A stretch of 64,000 bases of DNA from Squalus acanthias (Eukaryota), in the NCBI GenBank assembly GCA_030390025.1, contig CM059432.1, forward strand, positions 65,102,001 to 65,166,000. The letters are read 5' to 3'. Below the pieces are notes generated by a model that was given only the letters and a program-made list of their open reading frames with translations, searched no databases and was not told the DNA's origin. A program made the position numbers and the translations under genes. Below are positions 63,691 through 64,000 of the stretch, piece by piece (position 1 is the stretch's first letter; each line of letters begins with the position of its first letter).

Positions 63691-64000
63691 GAAAGCTGAG
63701 CTCATGCTTAGAGATAAACTTGATGAGATGCAGCATATCTATGAGGAACAGCACAAGGACAGGGATGGAACTTTGGGACACACTAGAGCTGGCCACGTGG
63801 CATGTCAAGAGAAGCCATTGCAGGAGACACGCTGGTACCAGTGGAACAATTAGAAATGGAAGCATGTGTGGGCAATATCATGGAGGTGGACCACAGCGGG
63901 GAAGTGATGGAGGAGGACAGTGTAGTCGACTGTGTTCAATGCTGCAGAGAGTCGAAGAGGAGGAGGAATTATAACATACCGTGGTGACAGGCACATGGAA

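Noticed and set aside
36940..64000. Preceding peroxidase exon (GPTLMCL..RLRDGDR)
   Set aside because: Not found by eye; the intron appears to exceed 27 kb.

Overview
Vertebrate genomic DNA; the repeat landscape (CR1 LINEs with esterase ORF1, Deu-domain tRNA SINEs, Penelope, RTE, abundant PIF/Harbinger MITEs) suggests a cartilaginous fish, which is an inference. The window lies inside the 3' part of a minus-strand peroxidasin-family gene, most like PXDNL. Three phase-compatible GT-AG exons were read by hand (36939-36731, 22544-22415, 19541-19418), encoding the end of the peroxidase domain, a furin-type site and the start of the coiled coil. I did not find the preceding exon or the VWC exons in the window. 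Most of the rest is intronic and filled with nested, decayed transposons, including a ~13-kb CR1 carrying a LINE, a MITE with an RTE inside it, and a two-gene Harbinger with a Penelope palindrome inside it. No intact transposon ORF pair, RNA gene or CRISPR is supported, and I cannot demonstrate a new biological system. The best leads are a candidate Cys-rich alternative terminal exon, hammerhead-linked Penelope fold-back insertions with 14-bp TSDs, a 123-bp RTE target duplication, a 95-bp monomer array in a CR1 5'UTR, and a palindromic motif shared by the Harbinger end and MITEs. Family assignments are from recalled motifs, not database searches.
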